From NCBI GenBank assembly GCA_963575745.1, contig CAUYUJ010000272.1:62001-116027 (forward strand): a stretch of DNA of 54,027 nucleotides, written 5' to 3'. The notes beneath the pieces are model-generated. The model was not told the origin of the DNA, ran no database searches, and saw only the letters and a list, made by a program, of their open reading frames with translations. Shown here piece by piece: positions 26,269-38,150 of the stretch; positions within the stretch are counted from its first letter, which is position 1, and every line of letters starts with the position of its first letter. Position numbers and translations under genes: made by a program. This stretch comes from Prorocentrum cordatum (Eukaryota).

Positions 26269-26679
26269 GGCGGCAGGCTTCTTCGGCAATTTTCTGTAAA
26301 GTCCGACGGATGAGGATGAGGAGGAGGAGAATGAAGAAGACCACTGTAAATTCAAGAGTCACCAACGATGTTGGAATAAACCATCCCCCCAAGCTCCGTC
26401 TTCATAGGCCCCTACAACGGTTCATGTTCACTGAGGGAACTGCCTCGTTGGAAGACAACCGTTTAAAGACCCTGAAGCATGCCAAAACATTGTTCTCGGG
26501 ATTCCAACGCCACGGATCATACCGACAGTTGCGTCTTGACGATCCTGAGTCGTGCCAGAACGCCATTCTTGGGACTTCAACACCGCGAATTATCATAACT
26601 GTTGCGCCCTCATAATCGCGAATCCTTCCAACATACCATTTCTGGTAAGTCGATCATGGGAATCCGCGATTGTCAGCGT

Positions 26680-27420
26680 TTAACAAAAATGTGCGCGGCG
26701 CTGAGGCGAGAGCTACATTGTGAAGAGGAACCGCCCTCAGCCCGTGATACTCTTGCAAAGTTTTTATATCTAAAAAAGAATGTGCGCGACGCTAAGGCGA
26801 GAGCCACATTTTGAAAAGGAGCCGCCCTCAATCCGTGAAGCTCTTGCAATTTTCTCAAAACGAATGTGAGCGGCGCTATAGCGAGAGCCACATGTTGAAA
26901 ATCACCCGCCCTCAGCCCGTGAAATTCTTGCAAAGTTTTCAGTCGAATATGCGCGGCGCTAAGGCGAGAGCCTCATTTCGAGAACCACCCGCATTCAATA
27001 TGTGATGCTCTTGCACATGTTGAAATCGAATGTGCGCGGCGCCAAGACGAGAGTTACATTTTGAAAACCACCCGCCCTCAATCCGTGAAATTCTTGCAAA
27101 GTTTGCAATCGAATGTGCGCGGCGCGATGACGAGAGCCACATGTTGAAAACCGCCTGCTGTCATTCCGAGAAACCTCTGCAATTTGTTAAACGAACGTGA
27201 GCGGCGCTAAGGCGAGAGCCACATGTTGAAAACCACCCGCCCTCAATCCGTGAATTTCTTGCAACGATTGCAATCGAATGTGAGCGGCGCGATGACGAGA
27301 GCCACAGTTTGAAAACCACCTGCTGTCAATCCGAGAAACTTTTGCAATGTTTTCAAACGAATATGCTCGGCGCTAGGGCGAGAGCCACAGTTTGAAAACC
27401 ACCCGCCCTCCAACTGCGAA
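26680..27420 (+). repeat. About 83-bp tandem repeat (aatgtgcgcggcgctaaggcgagagccacat...gaaaaccacccgccctcaatccgtgaa)
   Basis: About 9 copies. Diverged reverse-strand copies at about 49200-49430, 51715-51880 and 52370-52430. Confidence 0.9.
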
Positions 27421-27803
27421 GCTGTGGTCAATGTTTAAGTTTCAGAATCAGAAATGGTGAGGAAGTCTGAGGCGGAACGCCCGGCCCGCCCTACAAAATG
27501 TGCTTCGGGTTGCGACAGGGAGAAGCTATTTATAAGGAGAAGGAATGGAGGAGGAGGAAGAAGAAGAAGGAGAAGAAAGGGGGAGAGAGGGAGGGAGGGA
27601 GGGAAGGAAGAAAGGAGGGAGGGGGGGGAGGGGCAGTGCGGAGAAGGAGGAAGGGAGGAGGGAGGGGGGGAGGGGCAGGGCGGAGAAGGAGGAAGGGAGG
27701 AGGAGGAGGAGGAGGAGGAGGAGGAGGAGGAGAAGGACGACGACGTGTCGGAGGAAGGCCAGGAGGAGGAGGAGGAGGAGGAGCAGCAGAGAGGAGGAGG
27801 AGG

Positions 27804-27834
<31 letters not shown>

Positions 27835-28190
27835 AGAAAAGAAGAGTAGCAGCAACAAGAAGGGAGGAGAAAGAGCAACAGCAATGAGGACGACCATTTG
27901 AAAACAGCATAAGTTGCAAGAGTGTCGTCAAGGCATGCTTATCCTCCTCCTCCTCCTCGCCCTCATTCTCCTCCTCCTCCTCCTCCTTCTCCTCCTGCTC
28001 CTCTCCCTCCTGATCCTCACCTTGCTCTTTATCCTCATCATCATCGTCGTCGTCACACTGCCCCTCCCACTCCTCCCACTCACTCCTCTCCCCGCTTACG
28101 CTCCTCCCTCTCGACCCCCTCCTCCCATGCTCCTCCCCCTCCTCGCCCCCCCCCTGGCGGGGGCTGGGGTCGTTTTCGAGCTGCTCGGAG

Positions 28191-28330
28191 GTAATTCTTT
28201 TCGTGCAGTTCGACGACCTGAAGCGGAAAGTGGCCGCGGCGCTCGCGGAATTCGGGGTGCCCAGCGTCACGCTGCACGGCAGCGTCTCGCAGCGCGGATC
28301 TATCATCAACGATTGGCAGAACAACGCGGG
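28191..28330 (+). CDS. SNF2/Rad5-like helicase, C-terminal (HELICc) exon A
   Basis: AG|G acceptor (28189-28190). Reads VILFVQFDDLKRKVAAALAEFGVPSVTLHGSVSQRGSIINDWQNNAG, matching SNF2 motif IV and the G..S..QR..I..F/W segment. Phase-2 GT donor at 28331. Confidence 0.85.
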
Positions 28331-28921
28331 GTCACCATTAGATTGCCTCCTCCTCCTCCTCCGCCTCCTCCTCCTCATCCTCCTCCTCCTCTTTCTCAAA
28401 CTCCTCGTCTTCTCCCGCCCCCCGCCCCCCCCTGGGCAGGGCGGCATAGAAATGCAGCCAAGACTGCTGTGTCAACGGGTCGCCCCAGGCGGCATCGTAT
28501 CCCCCCGTCCCTCGGCTCGGAGGCTCGCTTCGTCCACTCCAACCCCCCCGCCCCTCGCAGGGCAGGGCGGCACAAGAGCACTGCCGCGATCGCCGTGGGA
28601 GCGTAACGCTCCACCTCTGTGGCCCGCATGGGCCCCAGACCCGCAGTGTGGAGCAAGACGTTCCCTTCTCCGCCGAGTCGATCCTATCCCTCGCCCCCGT
28701 CCGCCCCCCCTCGCCCGAAGGCTCTTTTCTTCCATCCTCCCCCTCCCTCCCCCATCAGCACGGGCGCAGAAGACATGCAGCACGTGCCGCATAGCAAGTG
28801 GCAAGTGTCGCCGTCCTCTTCCTTCTCCACGCTCAGCCAGAGAGGTTCAGAGGGGGGCCAGGCAAGTAACTATAAGATTTAGTCTCCAACGGGTGGGTCT
28901 AGGACGAGGTAAAAACCGCTC

Positions 28922-29007
28922 CAGAGCGTTACGGAACGCTCTCAGAGCGTTACAGAACGCTCTCAGAGCGTTACAGAACGCTCTCAGAGCGTTCCAGAAC
29001 GCTCTGA
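28922..29007 (+). repeat. 21-bp tandem palindromic unit cagagcgttacagaacgctct, 4 copies
   Basis: Directly visible. Confidence 0.95.
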
Positions 29008-29165
29008 GAAGGCCGCGACTCCCGAGACATCCTCCAGAGCCGCCGGATCTCGGAGATTCTCGAGTTATCCTCACCCGATGTTATCCTCGCCTTGGCTTCG
29101 TCTCATTCCAGGCATTAGCATTCTCAGTCCCCCCTCGCCCCCCCACCGCACCCCGCGGACCGAAG

Positions 29166-29257
29166 GTCGTCCACCTTCGTGCTGCTGCTGTCCCTGGCGC
29201 AGAGCGCCTCCGGTACCAACCTCACCGCGGCGAGCCACGTGGTGTTCCTGCACCCCA
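29166..29257 (+). CDS. SNF2/Rad5-like helicase exon B (motif V)
   Basis: AG|G acceptor, phase-compatible with exon A. Reads SSTFVLLLSLAQSASGTNLTAASHVVFLHP (SNF2 'LLLS...G.NLT.A.HV'). The 3' boundary can slide within CCCA. Confidence 0.9.
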
Positions 29258-30312
29258 GCCGGGCCGGCCCGGCGGCTCTGCGGTCGGGAGCCTTGAGTCG
29301 GGGGTCAGTGCAAACGGGGGCCAGCCAGAGCGGCCGGTCTTGCAGGATCTTGCAGGGCCAGGGCCGCTTTGACCCGGGTTTGGGTGCAGGATCCTGCAGG
29401 ATCCTGCGCATTGACCCGGGCTCGGGCGCAGGATCCTGCAGGATCCTGCAAGGCCCGACTGACCCGGGTCTGGATTGACCCGGGTCAGAAGATCTCCGAT
29501 GCGGCCGTGCCAGCCCCCAGGGATGCTGGGGGCGGCCAAGGAGTGGAGTGATGACTTACTAGAGGGGTGGACATCATGGCGGGGGCCATGGTATCTCCCC
29601 AAATGTCATGGCGCCTCTTCTTATGTCGTCACGTTCCCTGGCCCCGCCCCCCCCATGGGCCGCGCACGCGCTTCGGGCCATGAGTTGCGCACCCCCCCTC
29701 TTGGCGAAGCCCCACTCTTGGACGCCCCCGAGAATGGAGGCCTCGGAGGGCACCCGTCATTGCCCCGAAGGCCCAACGAGGGGAGGCCCCGGGAAGCACC
29801 CCGCAGGAATTCCCGGGAGGCCCTCCGGAAGGGGAGAGGAGGCGAAGGAGGCGAAGGAGGAGGACGAGGAAGGGAAGTGGGAGGAGGCAGGAGGGCGAAG
29901 GACCAGCAGGAGGAGGAGGAGGAGGAGGAGCAGGGGGCTTGAACTTACTTGCTTCAGGCCTGCGTCGATTCGAAGTTGTGGCGCTACCTGAAGCCTGAGA
30001 CCTGAGGAGGAGGAGCAGGAGGAAGAGAAGTGCGAGAAGAAGGAAGAAGGCGAGGAGGAAAGGAGGAAGGCGAAGGAGGAAGAGGAGGAGGAGGAGGAGG
30101 AGGAGGGCGAGGAGGAGCAGGAGGGGCAGGCGGGAAGGGAGGAAGAGGAGGAGGATAGAGGAGCAGGAGGAGGAGGTGGAAGGTGGGAAGGCAAGCGGTG
30201 GAGGTGGAGGGGTGGAGGTAGGAGGAGGAGGAGGAGGAGGAGGAGGAGGAGGAGGGGGAGCCGGGGGGCTGGCGGTCGGCCGTCGGCCGTCCGCCGAGCC
30301 GGCCCGCGCCCA

Positions 30313-30356
30313 TGCTCGCCGAGACCGCCGACGTGGCGGTGGGCTACGAGGAGCAG
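30313..30356 (+). CDS. SNF2/Rad5-like helicase exon C
   Basis: (HP)MLAETADVAVGYEEQ continues exon B toward motif VI. GC donor at 30357; the acceptor is non-canonical. Confidence 0.75.
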
Positions 30357-33300
30357 GCGGCCGGCGGGGAGGAGCACGGAGGGCGAGGAGGGCTCGCCGT
30401 GTAGCAAGAGGATCCCGAGGGAACGGGTGCCGAGGAGCACGGCTTCAGCTCCTCCTCCTCCTCCTCCTCCTCCTCCTCCTCCTCCTCCTCCTCCTCCTTC
30501 TCCTTCTTCTCCTTCTTCTCCTTCTCATCCTCCTCCTCCTCCTGCTCCTCCTTCTCCTCCTCCTGCTCCCCGTTCTGGGCCTCTGGGGCCCTCCCAGGGC
30601 CGCAGGGCTGTCAGAGAACAGCTCGGGACGAAGAGCGGGTCATGGGTCCTCGGCGATGTTCCGGCCACGGGATGCAGTCTAGCAGTTACGCCTCGTTGGG
30701 AGCGCTGCGGGAGTACCCGACTCGTCCCGAACGACCGCTGGAGACCCGAGCTATGACCCGAATACCAGACGAGGATCACCAAGGGTGCCCGCGGTTCGAT
30801 CGGTGTTGCTGCGTCACAGTCGGTTCGGTTCGGTTGGTTGCTGTGTCGTTGCTGTGCCGTTGTTGCGTCGATGTGCCCTTCTTGGCTGCATGTGCAGTGG
30901 CCAATCGGTTTGGGTCGGTTTCGGTCTCGCTCAGGAGCAGCAGGAGGAGAAGCATGAGGATGATGAGGAGTTGGAGGAAGGGAAGGAGAAGGGGCACTGG
31001 TAAGAGGAGGAGGAGGAGGAGGAAAGGGAGTAGGTGGAGGAAGGGGAAGAGAGCGGGAATGACAGGGGATATTTATAAGGAAGAGGAATGGAGGAGGAGG
31101 AGGAGGAGGAGGAGGAGAAGGAGGAGGAGGAAGAGGAGGAGGATCAGGTGGAGGAGGAGGCGCGGATCGGGGCAGGCCGTTGGGCGACGTGGGCCCCGCT
31201 GGGGCAGCAGACCGGCCGAGGGGCGGCGGTGCCGGCAGGACACGAGCACCCGATGCATGATGTGGGGCGGGGCGCCCCGCAGAGTCGCTGGGGGCTCCGC
31301 CGTGTGGCGTGGGCGGCAGAGGGAGCAGAAGACGGGGAGGAGGACGAGGAGGAGGAGGAGGAGGAGGAGGAGGAGGAGGAGGAGGAGGAGGACGAAGAGA
31401 GGGAGGAGGAGCGAGACGGAGGCGAGGAGGGACGAGGAGAGGAGGAGGAGGAGGAGGAGGAGGACGAGGTGGAGGAGGGGGAGAACGAGGAGAACGAGGA
31501 GAAGGAGGCGGACCAGAGGGGGGCAAGTCGAGACAGCGGCCGCTCCTTCCCGGGATCCTCCGTTGTCTTTGGGGGGCCTCGTGAAGGCTTCTCGCCGCCA
31601 CGGACAGATAACCGCCGCGGACGGCGGGTCGAGGTGGACCCCGCGAGGGATCCGGAGGCCGATCTTGAGCGGAGGTGGGCCGGGCGGAAAAGCCGCCGTT
31701 GTCTCAATGAGCCCTCCTCCGAGAGGAGGAGGCGGAGGAGGAGGAGGAGGAGGAGGAGGAGGAGGAGGGAGGAGGAGGAGGAGGAGGAGGAGGAGGAGGG
31801 GAGGGAGGAGGAGGAGGAGGAGGAGGAGGAGGAGGAGAGGAGGAGGAGGAGGAGGGAGGAGGAGCAGGCGATCGACAGAGCAGGCGGATGGCAGCACGCA
31901 CAGTCGAATACATCGAATCGTGGACCTCCTCCTCAGATCGGCGACGAACCAGTGGGAAGTGAGGAGAGGCGGGCCTGCTCGGAAGGCTCGGAAGTTCCCT
32001 CTGCCTTCTGAGAAGTCTTCTGAGCCGTCCCCGAAGACACAGAAAATCCCGCCGCCTTCTGAGAAGGCCTTCTCCTTCTCACTCCCCCCCTCGCTCGCCG
32101 CCGATCAGAGCTAAGAGCTGCGGACATTTGTTCCTTGCGGCAGGTGCTGCCCCAGCGCGCCCCTTTCCTCCTCGTTTTCTCCCCACCAGCGCACGGCTTT
32201 TGATGGGAGGCGGGGAGAGGCGCGCGGTATAAACGTGGGTCGCTGGCGCCCGCGAAGGGGGGGTCCTCCTCCTCCTCCTCCCCCCCCGCTCCTCCTCATC
32301 CTCCCTCCTCCCTCTCTTACACCCTCCCCCTTCACCCCTCCCCCCTCCTCCTCCTCCTCTCCTCTCCTCATCCTCCTCCTCCTCCTCCTCCTCCTCCTCC
32401 TCATCATCATCATCCTCATTATCCTCCTTGCCCTCCTCCGGAGGAGGAGGAGGGAAAGGGGGTAGGCATCCCCGGAACCCTAGAAGGCCCTTATAGAGCG
32501 CCCCCCAAAGAGGTAAAAAAGACGAGGATGGGGACGAGGGGGGGGGGGCGGGGGGAGGAAGCAAGGGAGAGAGAGAGAGAGAGGGCGCCAGACGGGCCCC
32601 TTCCGTCGAGGGGGGGGGGCCTGCGTCGCGCGGCCGGCGCGGCGTCGTCCCACCCCATCCTCGTCTCTCCTTCGGGGGGTTGCCGAAGGTGCCCCTTGCC
32701 CGAGGTGCCCCCAGCTTTTCCCTCCAGTTTGGAGCCCCCCAGGGGCCTCGTGAGGCAGTGCTGTGGAGGCCGTGGGGGGCCCTCCCTGGAAGTCCTGGGG
32801 GGCACCTTGAGCCAGGGGCACTTCCAGCAGCACCCGACTCTTCCTCTCCCCAAGGACAGAAGAAGAAGAAGAGGATGGGGAGAAGAAGAAAAAAAATAAT
32901 AAGAAGAAGAAGAAAAGGAAGAGGAAGAGGAAGAGCAATAATAAGGAGAATTAGGAGAATGAGAAGAAGACACACAAGAAGAAGAAGCAGAAGAGGAAGA
33001 CGAAGAGGATGGGGGAACTCCCCCCAAGAAGAAAAGAAGAGGAGGGCGGGGCAGGAAGGGAGGCATACAATTCCTCCTCCTCCTCCTCCCCCTCCCCCTC
33101 CCCCCCATCCTCCTCCTCCTCCCTCCTCCCTCCTCTCATCCTCCTCCTCCTCCTCCTCCTCATCTCCTCCTCCCCCTCCCTCCTCCTCCTCCCTCCCCCA
33201 CTCCTTCCCCACTCACTCCTTCCTCATCTCCTCCTGCTTTCCCCCACGCATCCTCTCTCCTCCTCCTCCTCCCCTCTCCTCCTCCCCCTCCTCCTCCCCT

Positions 33301-33446
33301 CCTCCATCCTACTCCTCCTCCTCCCGCCCCTCCTCTCTCCTCCTCCGCACTCTCCTCCTCCTCCTCCCTTCCTCCAAAGGGCGCCGCCGCCCTCTCGCCC
33401 TCCCCCACCCGACCCCACCCGCCGCCCAGGCACCCGGCCCGTCGGC

Positions 33447-34583
33447 ATGGACGCCGTTGCCGAACACCTGTGGCGCCCGCGGCGCCGCCCGCCGCACCCC
33501 GCGGCCGCCCGCAGGGCCCAGTACCTCCGGGCGGAGGCGCGGGTCGCGGAGCACCTGCTGCGCTGCTTCGGGGAGCTGGCGCAGCACCGAGGCAGACAGC
33601 CCACGCGGCTGGCCACGGCCTTGGTGAAGGCGCTGGCCAAGCGCGCGGACCCAGCCGGCGACGGCCCTGGCGAGCGCGAGCCGCCGTCCGAGGCGCACGC
33701 GGAGGCGCTGGCCCGAGAAGCGTTGGCGGCCGCCCGCGCGCCAGGACCAGGGCACGACTTGCTGGAACGGCTAAGGCAGGAGGCCCGCGCCGAGCGGCAG
33801 GCGGAGGCCGCGCGCGGCGCGGACGGCACATCGGGGGCTGAGCTCAGGCCCGAGGCGCCGGCCGAGCAGCAGGCCGCGACTGCCGAGGCGCTGGCGGCCG
33901 CTCGCGCCGCGGGGCTTGAGCAGCACCTGGAGACCGAGCGGCTGGCGGAGGCAGCGCAGGGCGCCGAGGCCGAAGCCTCGCGCCCGACGGAGGCGGAGCA
34001 CACGGCCGCCGAGGCCGCGCCCCACGGGAGCCTGCCACGAGCGGCCAGCGCCGCGGAGCGGGCCAGGCCAGAAGACGCCGCGCTGGCGACCCGAGCCCAC
34101 GCCTCGGGCGGAGCGGCCAGAGACGCCAGCGGAGGACAAGAGCCGACCTATCAGGAGCTGCACGCCAAGGACCAGCTGGCGAGGTTGCAGGCCGCCGAGC
34201 AGCGGGCCACAGGGCGGCGGCGCCGAGCAGCACCGCTGGCCAAGGCGCGCGCCCCCTGGACCCGAGCGCCGCCGACCGCCGACGGCGAGGAGGTGCCCGC
34301 GCGCGGCGGGCCGAAGGCCGAGCGACTGGCTGACGCGCGGCGCCGCGCCGCAGACGCCCGCGCTCAGCTGGCCGCGGTGCAAGCGGACGCCCTCGCAACG
34401 GAGACCGCGTCGCGGACGGCGCAGGACGCACTGCTGCGGGCGGCGGCCGCGCGCCAGTGGGCGGCTGAGGCCGCGAAGGAGGCCGAGCTCGACACGGAAG
34501 CGGGGGCGCAGGACGAGAGGGCGGGCGAGGAGAAGGACGGAGCGGACGCCGTCCAGAGCTGCAAACTTTGGGGAGCCCGTTGA
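33447..34583 (+). CDS. Intronless Ala/Glu/Arg-rich predicted coiled-coil protein (378 aa) of unknown function, nested in the helicase intron
   Basis: ATG at 33447 with GC3-rich codons. Non-repetitive N-terminus RRAQYLRAEARVAEHLLRCFGELAQHRGRQPTRLATALVKAL. Confidence 0.5.
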   Translation: MDAVAEHLWRPRRRPPHPAAARRAQYLRAEARVAEHLLRCFGELAQHRGRQPTRLATALVKALAKRADPAGDGPGEREPPSEAHAEALAREALAAARAPGPGHDLLERLRQEARAERQAEAARGADGTSGAELRPEAPAEQQAATAEALAAARAAGLEQHLETERLAEAAQGAEAEASRPTEAEHTAAEAAPHGSLPRAASAAERARPEDAALATRAHASGGAARDASGGQEPTYQELHAKDQLARLQAAEQRATGRRRRAAPLAKARAPWTRAPPTADGEEVPARGGPKAERLADARRRAADARAQLAAVQADALATETASRTAQDALLRAAAARQWAAEAAKEAELDTEAGAQDERAGEEKDGADAVQSCKLWGAR

Positions 34584-35439
34584 GAAATCGGGCACACCCA
34601 GGGGAGCGGCCAGGGGCCGAGCGCACCGCCAGCGACGCCCGAGCGCGGCCGCCCCATACCCTGGACGGGAGCCCCTTGAGAATGGGGGCACATTTGGGGG
34701 AAGGGCAAGCGCTGCGGGCGTCGCCGCCACGACGCTGGCGGCACGAAACCGCTGGAAACCGCTCCTCCTCCAAGATCGAGGCCCTTGGTGACCCCTGCCC
34801 CACGAAGCCACCCAACCCTGCCCGCCAGCGAGCCAGGGACTGGCTCTCTGTAGGCAGGCACCCAGCACCTGGGAACAGGCGTCCACTACCCCATAAAAAC
34901 ATGTAATTGCTTCGTTTTGCTATGTTTATTGGGTTGGGTGTATCGTTGTCATCAACCCTCTCCCAGTATTCCAGTATTATATAGTCGTTGCCCCGTTCTC
35001 GCATGATTCGCCGTTCTATGATGCGTCATGCGTCCTCCTCATCCTCCTCCTCCTCTCCTTCCTCTCCTCCTCCTTTTTGCCTCCCTCCTCTCCTCCTTCA
35101 TCTTTCCTCCTCCTCCCTTCCTCCCCCCCCCCCCCTCCCTCCTACCCCTTCTCCTCCTCCTCCCCTCCTCCTCTTCCTCCTCTTCCTCCTCCGCCTCCTC
35201 CGCCTCCTCCTTCTCCTCCTCCTCCTCCTCCTCCTTCTCCTCCTCCTCCTTTCCGAGTGCGTGGAGGTGCCCTCCTCCCCCGACATAAGATGCTACTGCG
35301 GCCCATTGGTTGTTACTGCGGCCCGGTGGGTGTTAGCATAGCCAGGGTTCCTCCGGAGTGTATCATTCAATGAGTATGGTGAAGGGGGGGGCTCCATCAA
35401 GCTCCCCTCCCCCCCTTCACCGAAGAGCCTCTCGGAAGA

Positions 35440-35660
35440 GCCTCTGGCGCTCTCCCAAGAGCCTCTTGGAGCCGCCGAAGACCTTGCAGCCGCCGAAGAG
35501 CCTCTTGGGCTCGCCGAAGAGCCTCTTGGGCTCTCCGAAGAGCCTCTTGGGCCCTCCGTAGAGCCTCTCAGGGCCTCCGAAGAGTTTCTTGGGCTCTCCG
35601 AAGAGCCTCTTGGGGCCGCCGAAGAGCCTCAGCCGCCGAAGAGCCTCTTCGAGCGGCCGA
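35440..35660 (+). repeat. 21-bp tandem repeat (ccgaagagcctcttgggctc..)
   Basis: About 9 copies. Confidence 0.9.
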
Positions 35661-35904
35661 AGAGCGTGGTGTGGTGTTGTTTGTTGTTGTTGGTGGTGCT
35701 GTTGGTGTTGTTGTTGTTGTTGGTGGTGTTGGTGTTGGTGTTGGTGTTGTGGTTGTGGTTGTGGTTGTGGCTGTTGTTGCTGGTGGTTTGTTTGTTTGTT
35801 GTTGTTGTTGTTGTTGTGGGTATGGTGTTGTTGTTTGTTCGTTTGTTTGTTAGTGCGTTTTGTTGGTATTGTTTGTGTGTTGCTGTTTTGAGATTTTCTG
35901 CCCC

Positions 35905-36370
35905 AGACACCCTAGGACCCCCCCGTAGCAACCCCTGGGTCTAGTAATCCCTAGGACGAGTAATCCCTATGATTAGAGGTCCTTAGGACGAATACTCCCC
36001 AGGTCTAGTAATCCCTACCATCGGTAATTCCTATGGCTAGTATCCCCTAGGACATATATTCCATAGGACAAGTACTCCTTAGGACTAATACGCCCAAGGA
36101 CTAGTGCCCCCTTGCCCCTTGCACTAGAATCCCTAGGACTAGTACTCCCTAGGGGTAATAATCCCTAGGACTAGTACTCCCTAGGGCTATCACTCCCAAG
36201 CGCCAGTACTTCCTTGGGGTAGCACTCCCTCGGACTAGCACTCCCTAGGACGCCGCAGCACGAGTAGTCCCTAGGACTAGTACTCTCCTAGGACTGGTAC
36301 TCCCTAGGGCTAGCACTCCCTACAGCTAGTACTCCGTAGGACGAGTACGCCCTATGAGTGGTATTCCCTA
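35905..36370 (+). repeat. About 17-bp degenerate tandem repeat ccctaggactagtact
   Basis: Repeated CCTAGG/ACTAGT/AGTACT palindromes. Confidence 0.85.
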
Positions 36371-36410
36371 ACAAGGCATTGGTCGCAACGAGGCATCCTC
36401 CATGAGCCGT

Positions 36411-36426
36411 CTTGAGCCAAACATGG
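36411..36426 (-). other. Isolated spliced-leader relic
   Basis: Minus strand CCATGTTTGGCTCAAG equals the SL 3' portion CCATTTTGGCTCAAG with one inserted G. Confidence 0.55.
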
Positions 36427-36499
36427 TTTTTGGAAGAGGGAGAGGGAGGGGCAGGGAGAGGGGGAGGGGAAGGGGTAGGGAGAGGGAGGAGGAGGAAAG

Positions 36500-36514
36500 G
36501 CTGCTACTACTACG

Positions 36515-36588
<74 letters not shown>

Positions 36589-36621
36589 CACGACTACTAC
36601 TACTACGACTACTACTACGAT

Positions 36622-36662
<41 letters not shown>

Positions 36663-36674
36663 ATACTACTACCA

Positions 36675-36706
<32 letters not shown>

Positions 36707-37477
36707 GCTGCTGCTGCTGACTGCTGTTACTACTATACTAACCTTATTAATATACTACTATACTACTTATAATATACTTACTACTACTACTACTACTACT
36801 ATACTACTACTACTACCACTACTTACCACTACTAATACTACTACTACTCCACTACTATACTACTACTACTACTACTAACTACTGAATACTTACTACTACT
36901 AACTACTACTCTACTACACTCCTACTTCCTACTACTTACTGGACTAATCGATAATACAGACTACTTAACTACTACTCACTATTACTACTACTACGACGAC
37001 TTACGACTTACGATACGGGACTACGACTACTACTACGAACTACACTACTACTACTACGACTGACTACAATACTAGTATGTCGAAATTAAATTTAATACTA
37101 CGACGACGACACGACGGACGGACGACGACGACGACTACTACTACTACGACTACTACTACTTTACTATCCTATTACTACTTACTCACTACTACACTACTAC
37201 TACTACTTACTACTACTACTACTATAAATTACTTACTTACTCACTACTACTATTACTACTACTACTAATACTACTACTACTATACTACTACTTACTACTT
37301 ACTACTATACTACTACTACTTACTACATACTACGGAATTACTACGATACTACACTACTACTACTACTACTACTAACCAACTACTACTACTACTGCTTACA
37401 CTACTACTTACTACGACTTACGAACGGATTACGACTACGACTACGAACTTCTACCAACTACTAATACTACTACTACT

Positions 37478-37548
<71 letters not shown>

Positions 37549-37553
37549 GACTG

Positions 37554-37585
<32 letters not shown>

Positions 37586-37609
37586 ACTTACTTAGCAGTA
37601 GTAACTACT

Positions 37610-37643
<34 letters not shown>

Positions 37644-37658
37644 TACTGCTGCTACTAT

Positions 37659-37694
<36 letters not shown>

Positions 37695-37898
37695 AACTAC
37701 TACTACTACTCGTACTACTACTCGTACTACTACTCGTGTTATTACTAGTACTACTACTAGTAGTACTACTACCAGTACTAATACTACTAGTACTAGTACT
37801 ACTACTAGTAGTAGTAGTAGTAGTAGCAAAAATAATAGGAGTAGTAGTAGTAGTGGTAGCAGTAGAGGTTGTTGTAGTAGTATTAGTACTACTACTAC

Positions 37899-37932
<34 letters not shown>

Positions 37933-37992
37933 TCTACTACTACTACTACTACTACTACTATTATTACTACTACTACTACTACTACTACTACT

Positions 37993-38087
<95 letters not shown>

Positions 38088-38088
38088 C

Positions 38089-38142
<54 letters not shown>

Positions 38143-38150
38143 GCTACCAC
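36500..38150 (+). repeat. About 1.65-kb (CTA)n microsatellite with (CGA)n and inverted (GTA)n blocks
   Basis: Directly visible. Confidence 0.97.

Noticed and set aside
26269..26615. Continuation of LINE ORF2 after the N gap
   Set aside because: The frame across a 100-N gap is arbitrary, and this sequence matches a different repeat (52370-52750).
31176..31210. CAG|GCC GTT GGG CGA...CTG GGG CAG as a SNF2 motif VI exon
   Set aside because: Needs a frameshift; a clean motif VI exon exists at 48636-48710.
31861..31895. EEQAIDRA match to SNF2 motif VI
   Set aside because: Arises at the end of a (GAG)n tract and lacks an in-frame RxGQ; exon D is far better.
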